Assembly: GCA_002633005.1 (NCBI GenBank)
Contig: NMRA01000100.1
Location: forward strand, 206,497-270,496
From: Phoronis australis
Taxonomy: Eukaryota; Animalia; Phoronida
DNA: 64,000 bases
Direction: 5' to 3'
Every line of letters starts with the position of its first letter. Positions within the stretch are counted from its first letter, which is position 1. Made by a program: the position numbers and the translations under genes. The notes beneath the pieces are model-generated. The model was not told the origin of the DNA, made no database searches, and was given only the letters and a program-made list of their open reading frames with translations. Below are positions 1 to 13,569 of the stretch, one piece after another.

Positions 1-3000
1 GCAGCTTACTCTTGACCGTTCTGGCTTCGCTCTAGGCAATCTGGCATAGCGCGAAACGGTTCAGATTTTTAGTGCCCCTAGTATTTATGTGTGCGAATCT
101 TATTTTCTGTATTCCAAACTGGTGTGTTATAGACTTGTCCGAAATGGACTGGGGTAGCGATGCCAAATGAAGGTCACGGCCCCAAGGCAGCAATCTTAAC
201 CTCCATCTTTAAGGTGGTCCAGTCCTTGTTGTGGTTTCAGTATTCGGTGTTCTAAGTTAACCTCGATGGGTTTTGTATATACACTTCTGTACTATCTGGA
301 ATAATGAAGTGACACTGAAAATTGCATTAACTCCATTTAGCATACTCTGCTACACCACATCTCGTCAAGGCCTCAAGGGCATGGACCACCATAAGACAAA
401 GTAATTGAACCGTGAGATGAACATTCTGCTCGTAAGAATTCACTATGGCGTAAAGCACCACGTAGCAATACACAATGCTAAACGCTTCAAACCTTGTTGT
501 ACCCTATAATTATGGGACTAAAAGACAAGGAATGTGTGTGCAAGAGAAGAGCATTTGAGCACACCTGTTACTGTTGTCATTTTGGTAGGTGCATATCACC
601 TCTCTACTCTTACACCTTTTCTTGAAGGTTTGTGCACCGCTAGTTTGCTCCTGCTTCTAAGTTGAATGTTGTTCAGACGGCCTTATCAGATTTATTGCTT
701 AAGGACATGCTTGGTTTCCAAATTTTGTCATGTTAACACCAACCTCGCTTAGTTGCTGAAGGCTTGTGGGAGTTTCCTCCGTCAGTGCTCAGGCCATGAG
801 TTCACGAGGGCCCTTAAATTTAACTCATCACATTCTTCAAACTGCCGACAGTGGTCTCATTACGATTTGTTAATTGAACGCACATCTCAGAAATGGTTTG
901 CTTGAGCTAAAAAGAGTTGCAGAATGAACATTCATTTTAAAGGGATTCCGACACTTGTAGCAACACTGACCTGCTTTATTATGTGCAATGGAAGGAATCA
1001 TTTTCTTAGAGGTGCAAATATTCACGGTTATCTATTAATTAATGTTTTGCATGTCGTTGAGAATTGATCACCTCTCATTACCGTATTTGTTATAAGTGAT
1101 GTCTCTGTCTCTAGTCCTGTTTGTAACTTTTCAACGTGCTTTGTTCAAATGCCAGTTTTGTTTTTATATTGACTTTGGTGCGTGGCAGTTTTGTTTTTAC
1201 AACCAACCTGCTCCATTCAACGCCTTCATTGACTGAATATTTTAATTTATGAATACATATGCTGATTGAAAAATGTTTAGCGTGTTTATTAAAATGTGCC
1301 TATGAAATAAACTGTTATAATAAAAATACGTATTGTTTCTTCATTAGCTGTTTTAAAAACGTCTTATTTTTTGTATAGATAATGTAGAGTACCATACAGG
1401 CTTGCATTGCATCTTAACTAGTTCTTCCAGGAATACAAACTGTCGGTTCATTCTCTACCTCAGTGTGAAATTTTAAAAAACAGTGTCCCTGGACGAAAGT
1501 ATTATTGAACTCCGTTTCTGCGTATTTGTGACCTGAAATCACACTTTTTACTGTCTCTGGACTCAGTGAGGTCTGTACATTTAGCAATATAATATCTGTC
1601 GAATTGGTAACGTTCAGCGTTCCAGAAAAGTAACAAAGTTGTCGTGTTAAATACTAATTGTGATAACTGTTCTAATGCCAATTATGTCCATACGGGCAAG
1701 TGAAGAGCTTCGAACTCAGCTGCTTTTAGTGCCATGCGTGGAAATACGTCCACAGTTGAATGAACTTACTGCCTGTTCAAAATGGATCATATGCAGATTG
1801 CCAGGCTTAGCTGAGAAGTAGGTCTTAAAGCCTGTAGTAAATGGCAACACCTGTAAATTTGGTTCCTGTAGTATGTTAAGAGCATCGAATAACACCCGCA
1901 CGCAATGGTGTCCTGTTCAGATCCCTATTTAATACAACTGTTATCGGACTTCCGTATTTTTGCCTGGGATCTCGCGGTGATGCAACATGACGCGAAAAGG
2001 CAGCTTCACTTATCATTTGACGGCCTACATTTGGGTGAATGAGTACGCGTTTTCTTATTTTGATAAGGCTTTGCTAGGACTACATGGTCAGCCAAATACA
2101 TCTAATATAATAAAATTCCGTTGAAGTTAGGCTTGAAGTCTAATGGAAATACAGACAATAAAAACATATTTGCATGCACAAGTAACATACGTCAGAGTAC
2201 TTATCGTAATATTTCTAGATGTCTGGAAAATTAATCAAAATGGTTAGACCTTATACAGTGAAGTGTAGTCTAGAATTTCCAAATTTCTGTATTATTATAT
2301 TCTTTTTTTTTTAGAAAATGATGTGCTGAAAAGATATTTTTGGAACTGTTTTAATAAAGCTGGTTTGCACTAAAATTATTTTTTACTTGTTTGTTTGCGA
2401 AAATGCTTCGAGCATTGTTACCACAATTTTCATGTTTTTGGTCTGAGTTTTTAAAAAACTTGATGAAGTTAAGAATAAAACCCGAATAACACGAAACATT
2501 GGACGAACTGACATAACTCCACGTTTGATCAATCTTGTGTTTTCGCAATGACTATCTCGGCACACAAAATAGGTTATTTAAATGAGAATGGTGTCCAGCG
2601 TAATGCATTTTGATTGTTTGAAATGACTTATACAGCGGGTATAAATCTTCTACTGTTCAAGCAATTTTATTACATTTTTCTATACTAATAAAATATTGGA
2701 ACATTGAGTTTCTCTTTAATTAATGACATGATTAATTACTGAGTCAAACGAAAATAAATAGGAACTTGAACCTTAAATTAGAGGCTTTGCATGAAAAGAT
2801 CCCGATTTGTTTTTGATAATATTAAAAATTCAGTGCAGAGTTTGCTCTCGGTTGGTAATGAAAACAACAGCATAAGAAGGGGAAATCTTGGTTTTCACAG
2901 GTCCAACAACACGCAGTAGATTTAGGGAACCTGAGAAACCCTATTTGAGACTGTTTCTTGCAATCGGGCATAGGAGATCAGGAGATGCTCTGAAAGGAAA

Positions 3001-3099
3001 GGAACAATTATATTTTGGGACATTCATTATGTTTTATAGTCATACAATTGTCATTTTTGATGCAGAAAAAAACATCGACAAACGTCGTTTGATCACATC

Positions 3100-3506
3100 T
3101 GGGCCCGGTCTCCAATCTTTGTACTCGAAATGGAACTCGAAATTAGGTTTGGCATTTTCTACTCTACTTTTGGGCGAACTCAAGATAAGTGTCTATTATT
3201 CTATGCTCGAGTACACAATAACTTTCGTAGATAATTTATTGCCCATAGTTCACAGTTTGTAAACCCAATGTTAAAGCAATAAGGTCGAGTTTGAACTCGA
3301 AATTTCGAGTTTTTACTCGAGTTTGTAGCACGAATGTAAGGGTCTTCAAGGGCAAACTTGAACTAGAAACTCCTATGCATAAACTATAATGTATTCGAGC
3401 ACAGTCTGATACCCAATTATCTTAAGTTCGCACAAAAGGAGCAGAGAAATTGCCAAAAATAGTTTCGAGTTCGTTTCGAGTACAAAGATTAGAGACCGGG
3501 CCCTGG
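3100..3506. mobile_element. Foldback MITE (near-complete palindrome)
   Basis: gggcccggtctccaatctttgtactcgaaa...aactcaagataa at the left end is mirrored by atcttaagttcgc...tttcgagtacaaagattagagaccgggccc at the right end. Confidence 0.75.
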
Positions 3507-4087
3507 AAGGCGTTGCATGCCCGTAGCCAGTTTTGTGTGGGGGTGGTTCGAATTTCCAGAAAGGTGGGGCTTCGATATTTTGCAAACGTCAACACTAAAG
3601 AGTTTTCAGTTAGACCCTTGACGTAATTTAATTAGGGGAAGGGGAAATCTGTGTACACAACAATGACTTTGAGTTCTATGTTCCTGAGATGAGACGGACA
3701 CGAAGATGCCCTGACGGTTATCTCCCGCCAAACTTTCAAATCAGGCGTGCTTATACAATTACACCTCTTACATACTCGGACGGAAATTTTTAGTCTGAAA
3801 ATGACTTGACGAAATATCTTGTATTTTTGCGTGTTGCATCGCTGGAAATTCGAACGGTCCACTATTTTGAAGGTTCACTATTTCGAAGGTTCACTACTCT
3901 GAAAATATCTAAAATTTCAGTCTCGGGTGTAATTTGTATATTTTGCTTGCAAAAGTAAACGATTCTTCGGTTATTAGGTGCATTGAGTTGTGTACCTATA
4001 CCGAAAACAACGTCCGGGTACAATCGATTTAATGCGCGTACGAAATTGCCCGCATGCCATGAATACGAAAAATGAATACGTACTTGT

Positions 4088-4663
4088 ATTTTTAAAAAGA
4101 TCCAAACCCGGATTTGGCCTATTGACAGATACTGAAAACGACTTTCCTGTCCATTTCTCTGAAATAAAATAATACTCTGTAACCTCGGCAACCCTCTATG
4201 ATTGCATAAAATTTTGAAAATTCCTTTCAACGTTTGCTAAACGGGCAGGCGTGATCTACGCTTTTAACGAAGTACACGGCAACTGTGTAAAGAGACCGCC
4301 CACCAAGGACCATAAGGCTCAAACTGAAACATGGGGTGTATGAATTGTTAATTGATTCCTTCCTTAACCAAGAGGATACAAAACCCTGTTTTGATTAGTT
4401 CAACCAAGCCTCGTTCTCTCACCTGGTGATGTATTATTTGCGTGAATCTTGAAAGCTAAAGCAGGAATCAACTGAGAATTCATACTCACTGACTCACGAA
4501 TTGGTCATTGTCGTCCTTGGTGGGTGGTCTTTTCCCACAGTTGTCGTGTAACTCGCTAAAAGCTTGCCTCTATAGCATACTTTGAAAGAAGTTTTCCAAT
4601 TTTCCTCAAAAGTCGTTTTTAGTATCTGTTAATAGGCCAAAGCCGGGTTTGGTATATTTTTAA
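4088..4663. mobile_element. Foldback MITE with long imperfect inverted arms
   Basis: ccaaacccggatttggcctattgacagatactgaaaacgacttt (4101) pairs with aaagtcgtttttagtatctgttaataggccaaagccgggtttgg (4609). Inner arms acacggcaactgtg..gaccgcccaccaaggac pair with gtccttggtgggtggtc..cacagttgtcgtgt. Confidence 0.75.
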
Positions 4664-7160
4664 TTTGGAAGATTGACGCCAGTGATGCATTGGCAGGTGA
4701 CAGAACGAGGAAATCGTTAAAACAGAGTTTGTTATACTTTTATAAGAATATGAAGTAGGAATATTGATGAATTATCAACCACGATAGATTCAACAAATCC
4801 ATGTCAAGGTCGTATCATTTCACAGCGCGACTGAGCCAGTTTAGGGCCGCTGCGCTTCAACCTGTCGAAATTAAATGTAGCTAGTAGGCTCTCCTGTCCC
4901 AGCCATTTTTCACGAAGTCAGAGAGTCTCATTCAATTTAAAACCGCCGTTGGTCGTCGCAGACTGGACTCGTGTCCTAGATGTTGTACCTATTTGAGGAG
5001 TCGTTCGTTAGATCCAAGAATCGCGATTGGCAGCGTTTAGAACTGAGCACATTTGTAAACAATGCAAGCAATGTTTTAAAACTATTCAACTATTGCACAC
5101 CCTTTAAAATACATGGCCACAAATACAATACTTTATTCGAACGTGTCAGTTCCGACTAATCAGCAGACAATCAGAGTAGTGAACTGTCATAGTTCTGTTT
5201 TCGGAATTCAAGTAGTGAACTTTCAAAGGTAATTAACCTTCGCAATCGTGACACTTAACCTTGGAAATCTTTTCCATCAAATTTGTTGCTCGTATGAAGT
5301 TTGCGAGGCTGTGTACCATTGACACTGACAAGAGAATTAATACTTTCTTCATTGACCAAAGTTTTTATTAGATGTGACTTACACAAGGCACACACGTGTA
5401 CACGCAGCATATCAGTCCACCAATCCACAGTCAAAGTGGACACTGGATGAACAACAATCATTTGACGATCACCTTCAATTCGAAATTTGAAAACACCTGA
5501 ACTTTACCACACTATGCTAGCAAGTGTACCAAAATAGCAGATAACAAACCTATTTTCTGCTGTTTTGTTTCTTGGTCGATTTTAAGGCATTCACACCACA
5601 CTACTTTTTGGAGCTCTTTCGCTGCTGTATAGCTTAGCACGTTTTGATATTTACTTCGAGACTCCCTTGTAACCCTATGATGTAGTAACCACACGCGTTC
5701 AATGCGATGAATGACGTAAAGCCTACTGAAATGGTCAGCACGATCCTGTCATCCACGCACATACCACTCGGGCGATGTTGGCGGGTACAGCCCGATGGTT
5801 ACGTGAGGCGCTTTGAATCAGAAGCAAATTCAAAAATACTTCTTAGTTAATTATCATTGTACTTAGTAGTACCAGTATTAGTTGCTGTTGTTGTCCATCT
5901 ATATCATGTTTTTATAGGCTGGGGCTAGATCTTTTCCGCGGAGGGTTCGACCTCCCCCCTGGCGACGTGCCTGCATTACCAGTTAAACCAATGCTATCGC
6001 TACGTTAATTCGCCCTCATGCGGTGACGACTGAGTGCATGTGATCCCAAACTGCTTGTCAGCACGTTTAGCGTGCACGCGCTAGAGCCCACGCAAATTAC
6101 CTGTATTCAAAATCAGTGAACATTTTAGTCTATGAAAACACTTTTTGTACAGTAGCGTGATGGAGAGAACTGTGACAACTTGAAGCATGTCTGTATCACC
6201 TGATGGTTTACATTTTACTGTTGTTTAAAAACAAATATGACGTCAGAATCCTTTTGACATCAACAGGTTGAAAAGTTCGGTGACGTGCTGGAGGCACAGT
6301 GTACACTAGCCAGCCACCTAGCTGTATGAAAACTATCGTCAAAATACAGCTAGGTACCACTGTTTGTTAGTTTCAATAGACCCCGAAATTGCACACAGCC
6401 AGGGTAGTTCTGCTATTCACATCGCCGTGAAACTTATATCAAGATGTAGCTCAAGACCGGACGGGGTGCATGCAAAATCTGTGAGTCAAGTGACACTCAG
6501 CTTGCCTGTAACTCACTACTGACGTCATCAAAGGACCCAAATGCCAACCAATAAGCGAATTTAATGCTTTTGGTAAAAAATTAAAATGGCGGAGTGACAA
6601 GCGAAAAGTAAAAAGTCCATTTTTCGAGCGAATAAGTTCTTTGAAGACCTTGATTTCTGTGTAGTTCTATTCGACGTATTATTTCTACAGATAAATGTGT
6701 TCACGCTATCCCAATTTCGACGTGTGCATGGTTGATGTTCAATTCGAGTGTGGTGTTCATGGCACTTGATTCTACACTTTCACTGTGCGGACGTCCATCC
6801 CTGTTTAAGGGTTGGTTTGCCGACAAAAATATCATAAGCTTACCGAAATTGTTGATTACAGAATTCAAGCATTTATGAACATGTTGTGAAGGATTTAAGG
6901 TTTTTCACTCCATATATGTCGATTTGGATGCAACTACATTCATTCTTCGCACCGATGATATCGAACTTTCTAAGGACTGTAGTTGAATACTTGTCATTAT
7001 GCAAGCATATGCATACATTTCGTAATTCATGGATGAATGTCTGTTTATGCTAATGTAGAGACACGTGTGACTGTCGAGAAAAAGTTACGCCAGAACAGAC
7101 CTATAATTTATAAGGTACACACACGTCGCCGGGGTGGTCAGTTCTACACTTACCGTCGTC

Positions 7161-10159
7161 ATGTTTCAAGTCGTCGTTGCCCTGTGTTCACTAGTCGTCG
7201 TCAGTGCGCAAGTTCATAGCAAGGGAAGATGTGTTGACATCCCTCCGATGCCTTCATTCAACGTGACCCGGGTAAATAAATTTGAGGATCACAAATGCGA
7301 CGTTGAACTCACTTAAAAGTATTTTTGCTCATGAGTTTTTAATTCTAAACTTTCCGCAGAGAAAAGCACGTAAGCACTGAGACCTTCCTGAAATGTCAAT
7401 TTGCAGATCCATTTTTGACAGTTATAAACGCCGGGTTTTTCTATATTTTACTTCATTAACAACTCCTCAAGGAATACAGCAATAAAATGTAGTTCTCATT
7501 TCTTCATAACTGAATTTGTAATGAATGATCTTACAGTATCTCAAGGAATACATCAATACAAGGAAATTCTCATTTCTTCTCAACTGAATTTGTAATGAAT
7601 GGTCTTACAGTATCTCAAGGAATACAGCAATACAAGGAAGCTCTCATTTCTTCTTAACTGAATTTGTAATGAATGCTCTTACAGTATCTCGGTGACTGGT
7701 ATGAAATCCAGCATTTCTTTGCCAATTTCGAAGTGGGATTAAAGTGCACCCATGGCAGGTATACTACGGCGCCAGATGACCATTTTAACGTGCATTTGAC
7801 AGGAATCGAAATCAGGTAAATAACAGTACAGTTAAGGTTAAAATTTCTTTCCACTTAATTGTTAAATCAAGAAATACTTAATACGAGCGTCTCTTCGTTA
7901 TGATACTGGGCGTCTTGGACTTTCCTCGGCCAGCTCGCGCACAAAGTTCTCTCGTCCGAGTTTTCTCTCTAGCGGACGCAGATTCCCCCTCCCGCACTAC
8001 ATTTTGCTCCTCACGGACATATTTCTTCGCTCGCGCTCATACCAACACTTTCCCCTTGAAAGTTGTTCTACACTGAGACGAGCTCTATCTGAATTAGATG
8101 TTTCATGGAAATTGAGCAGTTGTCGCTAGCCACACTCACCAAAATCGTGTTACTTATGAATAATTCGACAGCTATCATCGAGAATGGTAATTTGCGATGT
8201 CTAACACCATCACATTCAATAGTACCTTATAGCGAACATACCAACTGAGTACCTGTAAGTGTGCTTGTTGATAGCTGAATCAAGTAAAGACGCAATTGCC
8301 ACTCTGTCGAGGAATCAGTTACCTGAACGCCAGTTAAGATCTTTTCCCGGCCGAGTGTGGGATGTGTTTGGATAACTTTATTTATTCCGTGTTTTTGGCA
8401 AAAAACAGTCGTCCACATAAGCACACGCTGTCACTGCCCTTTGTAACTGCACTCAGGAGTGTTAAGGATCAACCACAATGCATTTTTGAAGTAACCCTTA
8501 TAAACGGTGTGCGAGCGACTTCTTTCTCTTGGTTGTGTTGAAAGCGGGCAGACCCATGCCACCCAACCCTAAATTTGCATTTGACTAGTGATTCAGCCTG
8601 TGAATTTCATTCCAGCACTGGCAAAAAATTCCAACTCAATGGCGACGCCTACATACCGGATCCCACGGTGCCTTCAAAGGTAGCCTTGCGTTGGTCAGGT
8701 GAGCCAAAACAGTTTCTTGCTAAACAATTTAAATAACCCGATGTTATGATTAAAGCGGCTATAAACCCTATTTTAGAGTCAAAAATAACTTTCAGCATAT
8801 GTACATTTGCACTTGGGCTGTTTAAAAGGAAATTAATTTCAATAAAATGCCTGGATATCCCCCTACTGCCACACTGCCTCGGTACTTAAAATTAACCTTC
8901 TGTCACAAACTAACAACAAACTGTCAGATCTTTTTCAAGTTCAGGAATCTTTTCAAGTCTGAGCAAGGAACGATTTTATGAGCATAATTTAGAGGTCAAA
9001 TACGCAATAAGTATTTTGTTTGACCGACAGAGGGCGCAAGTTCGTTGGACAATTTAACTAAATAGTTACTTAAAACTGCGTTTCTTCAGTATTTAGCTTT
9101 CAAAACAGGAAAACGAATTTGAATTTAGCCTCTAATTCTCATGAAATAGGTCTCCGGCAACAAGTCAGGATCGGATAAGAGTCATGTTAACACCCCAAAA
9201 CGCTTCTAGATGGTTTGTTCTCAAATGGGACGTAAGCCAAAACAACTTGTAATAGAAGCAAATTACGCACCAAATGAAATCTCTTGAGTTGCCCTATGAC
9301 ATATCATAAGCCTTGTTTTGGTGTTTCCTTATTATTAATGAGGAGGAGGCAGTGTGGTCTAGTGGGATAAGTGTCGGTTCCTTTACTCAAGGTCGTGGGT
9401 TCGAGTCCCAGTGGGGTAGACCCTTCAGTCGGGTCTCCGGCTCCTCAGCTCTGTTTTATCTACATATTGATTTTGCATAAAAATGGTTGAATGTGATCGG
9501 TGCTTCCTGCGCACGTCTAATACAAGGTGTGTCAGACCGCCTGTAGTTATTTTTGTAGATTACAAAGGGACATTACCGGCAAGAAAAGTAATTTGCAGAC
9601 ATGAGCTGTACCCTACCAGGACTCTAGTCGAACCCACTCACTCTGTACTGAGTTAATCCATCGCGTTAATTAGCTTGCAATGGCAAAGACACCGAGCTTG
9701 ACTTGAGCCAATGTCAGATAAATGCAACGGCGAGGATTTGCGATTAGTAATAAGATTACGTTGTGTTTTTGTTGTTTTGTGTCTCTCATGAAGCCCAATA
9801 ACTTCAAGAAATCTATCCCATTCCACAAGAATCCCGGTAGCAAAACGACAATGTCTCTTTAACAAATCAACATAGACAGCTATGCAACGGCGAAATCCTC
9901 TCTAAGTCTGTGCAAACCCTGTATTCCAGAGTCACAACCGTACACCAACTACTGGTCGGTGGATACCGATTACGACACATATTCAGTCGTTTACTCTTGT
10001 TCAAACCTCCCAAATGAACCCTTTAAAATGGAGATTGCTTGGATCTCGTCTCGCACCCCTACGCTGGACGAGTCTATTGTGAACAGGTTGAGACAAAATC
10101 TGGAACACATGGGAGTGAAGACTAGCAACTTTGTAATAACTGACCAGAGCGATTGTTGA
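7161..10159 (+). CDS. Apolipoprotein D-like lipocalin, copy 1 (divergent clade); exons 7161-7271, 7685-7815, 8616-8698, 9930-10159; 184 aa
   Basis: GT-AG spliced open frame: signal peptide MFQVVVALCSLVVVSA, then QVHSKGRC..FNVTR | YLGDWYEIQHF (lipocalin SCR1 GxWY) ..C.. | STGKKFQLNGDAYIPDP..KVALRWS | ESQPYTNYWSVDTDYDTYSVVYSC (SCR2) ..AWISSRTPTL (SCR3) ..TDQSDC*. Four Cys in the ApoD pattern; intron phases 0/2/1; AATAAA near 10223. Confidence 0.93.
7466..7690 (+). repeat. 74-bp tandem repeat x3 that contains the intron-1 3' splice site of lipocalin copy 1
   Basis: Unit ctcaaggaatac...aactgaatttgtaatgaatg.tcttacagtat starts at 7466, 7540 and 7614. The AG dinucleotides end at 7536, 7610 and 7684. 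Confidence 0.9.
9348..9420 (+). mobile_element. tRNA-derived SINE head or tRNA pseudogene in intron 3 of copy 1
   Basis: Pol III A box TGGTCTAGTGG and B box GGTTCGAGTCCC at tRNA spacing; the acceptor stem does not pair well. Confidence 0.65.
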
Positions 10160-10839
10160 GCTCCAGTTTCGATAAGCTCATGAATTAATGTCGTGGAACA
10201 TCTTTAGATTGCAGTTATTATGAAATAAACTGATTAGAAGGACAAGTGTTTTATACATTGACACGTTTTCCCACAAAAAACAGCCGTCACAGCAGCTCTC
10301 ATGATTTCAAGTCATAAATTAACTCTTCACTGTTTTAACCTGCTGGTTTGAAAATAACAGACAGAAAATTATTCAGAATTTAATAACATTTTACTTAAAG
10401 GTATCGGCCCAGGATATAATCTCCAAATTCAGACACGATTGAAAACTTAACCAATCACGGCGATACGCTAAGTGAGCCACTGGTCAATTTTTGAGTCCGA
10501 AGTTTGAGTACAGAGATTAGGCCTCGGGCCCATGATCACATCATATTTTGCAATATTATTGTAAAAACTCGACGATGTCAGCAAGCCGTTCTGTAGCTGA
10601 GTACACAGTGATTGTGTTAAGGAGGCCTGGAACGTGAAAAACAGACTAAATTGCATTATTCAAAGTAGTTCTCTGCCACTGAAACAGAATTCAGTCTGTT
10701 CACCAGGTACATTTTTATTGTTCGTTCGTAAAGATTATATTTTTATGAATAATACTTTTATTAACCCGTAAAGCATCTCATTACTAAATACGGATGGGGT
10801 TGTGTGGCCCCAGCTACATATCTACAACTTACTAAAGAA

Positions 10840-11340
10840 CAATAAGATAAACATATAGAACAAATAAGTATCTAGAAAACAACTAATAAAATAATGATTG
10901 GGTGGATAATTAGTAGAGATTATTACAAAAATGGAGGGAAAGGGGGAGGGGAGGACTTTCATACACTCCTTCACAATCACATTTACTCGGTTTAATTAAT
11001 TTAATATATGTTTACATTTGCATTGGTGTATGTTATGAAAAAGTCAGTTTTCTTATAATACAACATAGGAGTGGTAATAAAAGTAACACCGTATAGTGTT
11101 TGAATCATTTCAAAGAGATGTCTGCAAAACCCTCCACTGTTCTGAAGTTTTATCCGAGGCGTTCAACACAATAAGATTCACTGCGACAAAAAGTATACAT
11201 TTGAACTTATTAAGTCATGGTTGAGACCATAAACCCTCATTTGACAATGTTTAAATACTTTTTCATCCACATTATCAAGCCTGCTACCACTAGTACTAGG
11301 TCCCAATTAATTATAGGAAGGGACATTCAAATAAGATAAT
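10840..11340 (-). mobile_element. Possible decayed L1/Tx1 LINE 3' end
   Basis: Minus strand has an LFECP motif followed by a pyrimidine-rich 3' UTR-like tract; heavily degenerate. Confidence 0.3.
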
Positions 11341-13569
11341 ACTGATATGAACCACAAACAAGAACGTTAAACCTGATATAGACAACAACAACACAGTAAC
11401 GGCAATTCTGAATTAAAGCGCAACAATTAAATTGCAGTTCTCACCATCGACAGTGTTGTCATGGACTATGATGACGTTTCAGTTGTAAACCAACCTAGTC
11501 AAGTTCTCAGTTTTAAAACCGGACTCGTGAGGGTACCCTAGCCTTGGTACAAAGCTGTATACTAAATATACAGCGTTGCACCGATGTGGGTAAAAAAGTG
11601 GTAAGATAAAATCTGACACAAAATCAATGTCATGTTGGCGTTTATTACTGAGCATTCTGTTTCAAAATGAATTATTCTCACCTAACCAATACTTATATAA
11701 AACTGAAACAAAGTCTGTCTCATTAGATGCAATTTGTAATGCCTTTCTGGAGTGTTCGTGAGTGCAAATGATTTGAGAAGCCGGCAGAAACTGTTGTGAA
11801 ACAACTCGATTTCCATCCCACGGCCAGGTGCTAGGGGACTCTTTATTTACATTTACATTACTCAAATAATGATTGTCAACGTACAACTTCTGCCCTGACG
11901 GTGCTGTGGCCAAAGCGGAACCTGAATTCGCGGCCCCCGTAGAGTAAGAGTAGATTTGCAGTTTCGTGGTAATTCACCAACATAATCACATGCACATTAC
12001 TTTGGCTCACTAGTAGAGTATTTTCTTGACTGGAAGTTTAGTTTCCACTGAACCGTGGCTGGTTTATGTTCGTGATGTCTGATCAGCCTTTCCGAGCCAC
12101 TAGCCCGCTCGGGCTAACGAGTCAATCCGGCCGGCCGCGACGGGCCTATCGGGCTCCAAGTCACTGGCCAGGATAACAAGCGTTTTGTGTTTAGAACTCA
12201 AAAAATCACAAGACTAAACAACACAGATCTAGGTTCTCATGTCTGTATCTCACGAAAAATAATTCGAAATTATCTCCGAACAGACACCAAACTCCTGCTA
12301 CGGACGTGTTGGCCTGCCGAACTTTGTAGGCTACGGTGTGTCCAAATACCAATAAATCCGTAAGAGCAAAATAAAACAACACGTTTTTATAAGAACTCGG
12401 TGTATTTTTAAGGGTTTTACATAGAATTTTGATGATGTATTGGTGTTAAACAATGTCTTCAAGCGATAAGCTGACACCAGTAACCCGTGTTGTGAACTGC
12501 TGAACAGACTGCGTGTGAAACCGATGACGTCACTGGATAATTTCACTACCTCCGTCTGCCGTCAGGTGTCAGGTAACGCAACCGTACGTGTCGTTATGGA
12601 GTAGAACTACTCGATCTAAATTGATTCAAATTAGGTTGTTTTTTGGGTGGCATGCTCCTTTAAAGGGTGGCGCTTCCTCTAGAACATAACGCAAGAAATT
12701 GTTGGCGTTTCGAACCTGTTGTCTACAATGTGTGGTAGAATAAGCAAGCCAAGTTTTGCTTTGCGACATCAATGGTATCAAAGCATCAACTGCGACAGTT
12801 TAATGTATTATCTTTGTATGGGAGGCTAACTTACAGTATTAATATTGATCCTGGCTGGAGTGAGGCAGGCCTTGTAAAGTACAAGATTGTAACCGACAAC
12901 ATAGGCTAATTATGGATACCGAAATTTAGCATAGGTGGTTCTGAAGAAGAAAAAGGACTTAGTGACAATTTTTGAAAATGTTGGAAATTCCATAATTGCA
13001 ACCTTTTGACAAATCAGTCATATGTTTGAAAAGATACTTGTGAGAGGAGAGAGAGGGAGGGTTAGGCCAATAAGCCGGAGATCCTTATACTTAAAAGCCA
13101 CTTTTGGCCAAATTTCCCTATTTAAGTCTTAAGTCACTTTCATGAGGCAGATCCTAGCATTGCCTGTGACTTGAGTTGGTGAGAAAAATGGAATTTTATC
13201 ACCGTACGGAATATCTTGAGACCGATGTTATTAAGGCCTATAATGTTTTTCATTTTTAGCCAGCTCAACAGAGCAAAATGCAAGCTTTTAAATCAGGAAA
13301 AGTCGAAATCTCAAGACGCTGTAATTTTGCTTAAGCTGAGAAATGTTTAATTCTGAGTTATCAATGCTTCAATGAACGATGCCTATTTCAAAATGTGATG
13401 AACGTGAAAAGCGATGACTATTCTCCTGTGGATTTTTAAGTCACAGGAATTTGTATTTTGTGGAATGCATTTCAAAGTAAACGTACATGTGTCTGCGCTG
13501 AAGACATTCTCTTGGAACTCGATCTTTTTGTAAGGTTTGCTGGCAACACACCAAGAACAGGTCACTTTA

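Noticed and set aside
7466-7690. CRISPR-like array (also considered for 30461-30671 and 19600-20350)
   Set aside because: Units are head-to-tail with no unique spacers, and there are no cas genes.
9348-9420. Functional tRNA gene
   Set aside because: A and B boxes are present, but acceptor and anticodon stems pair poorly, and the three paralogous copies have drifted freely.
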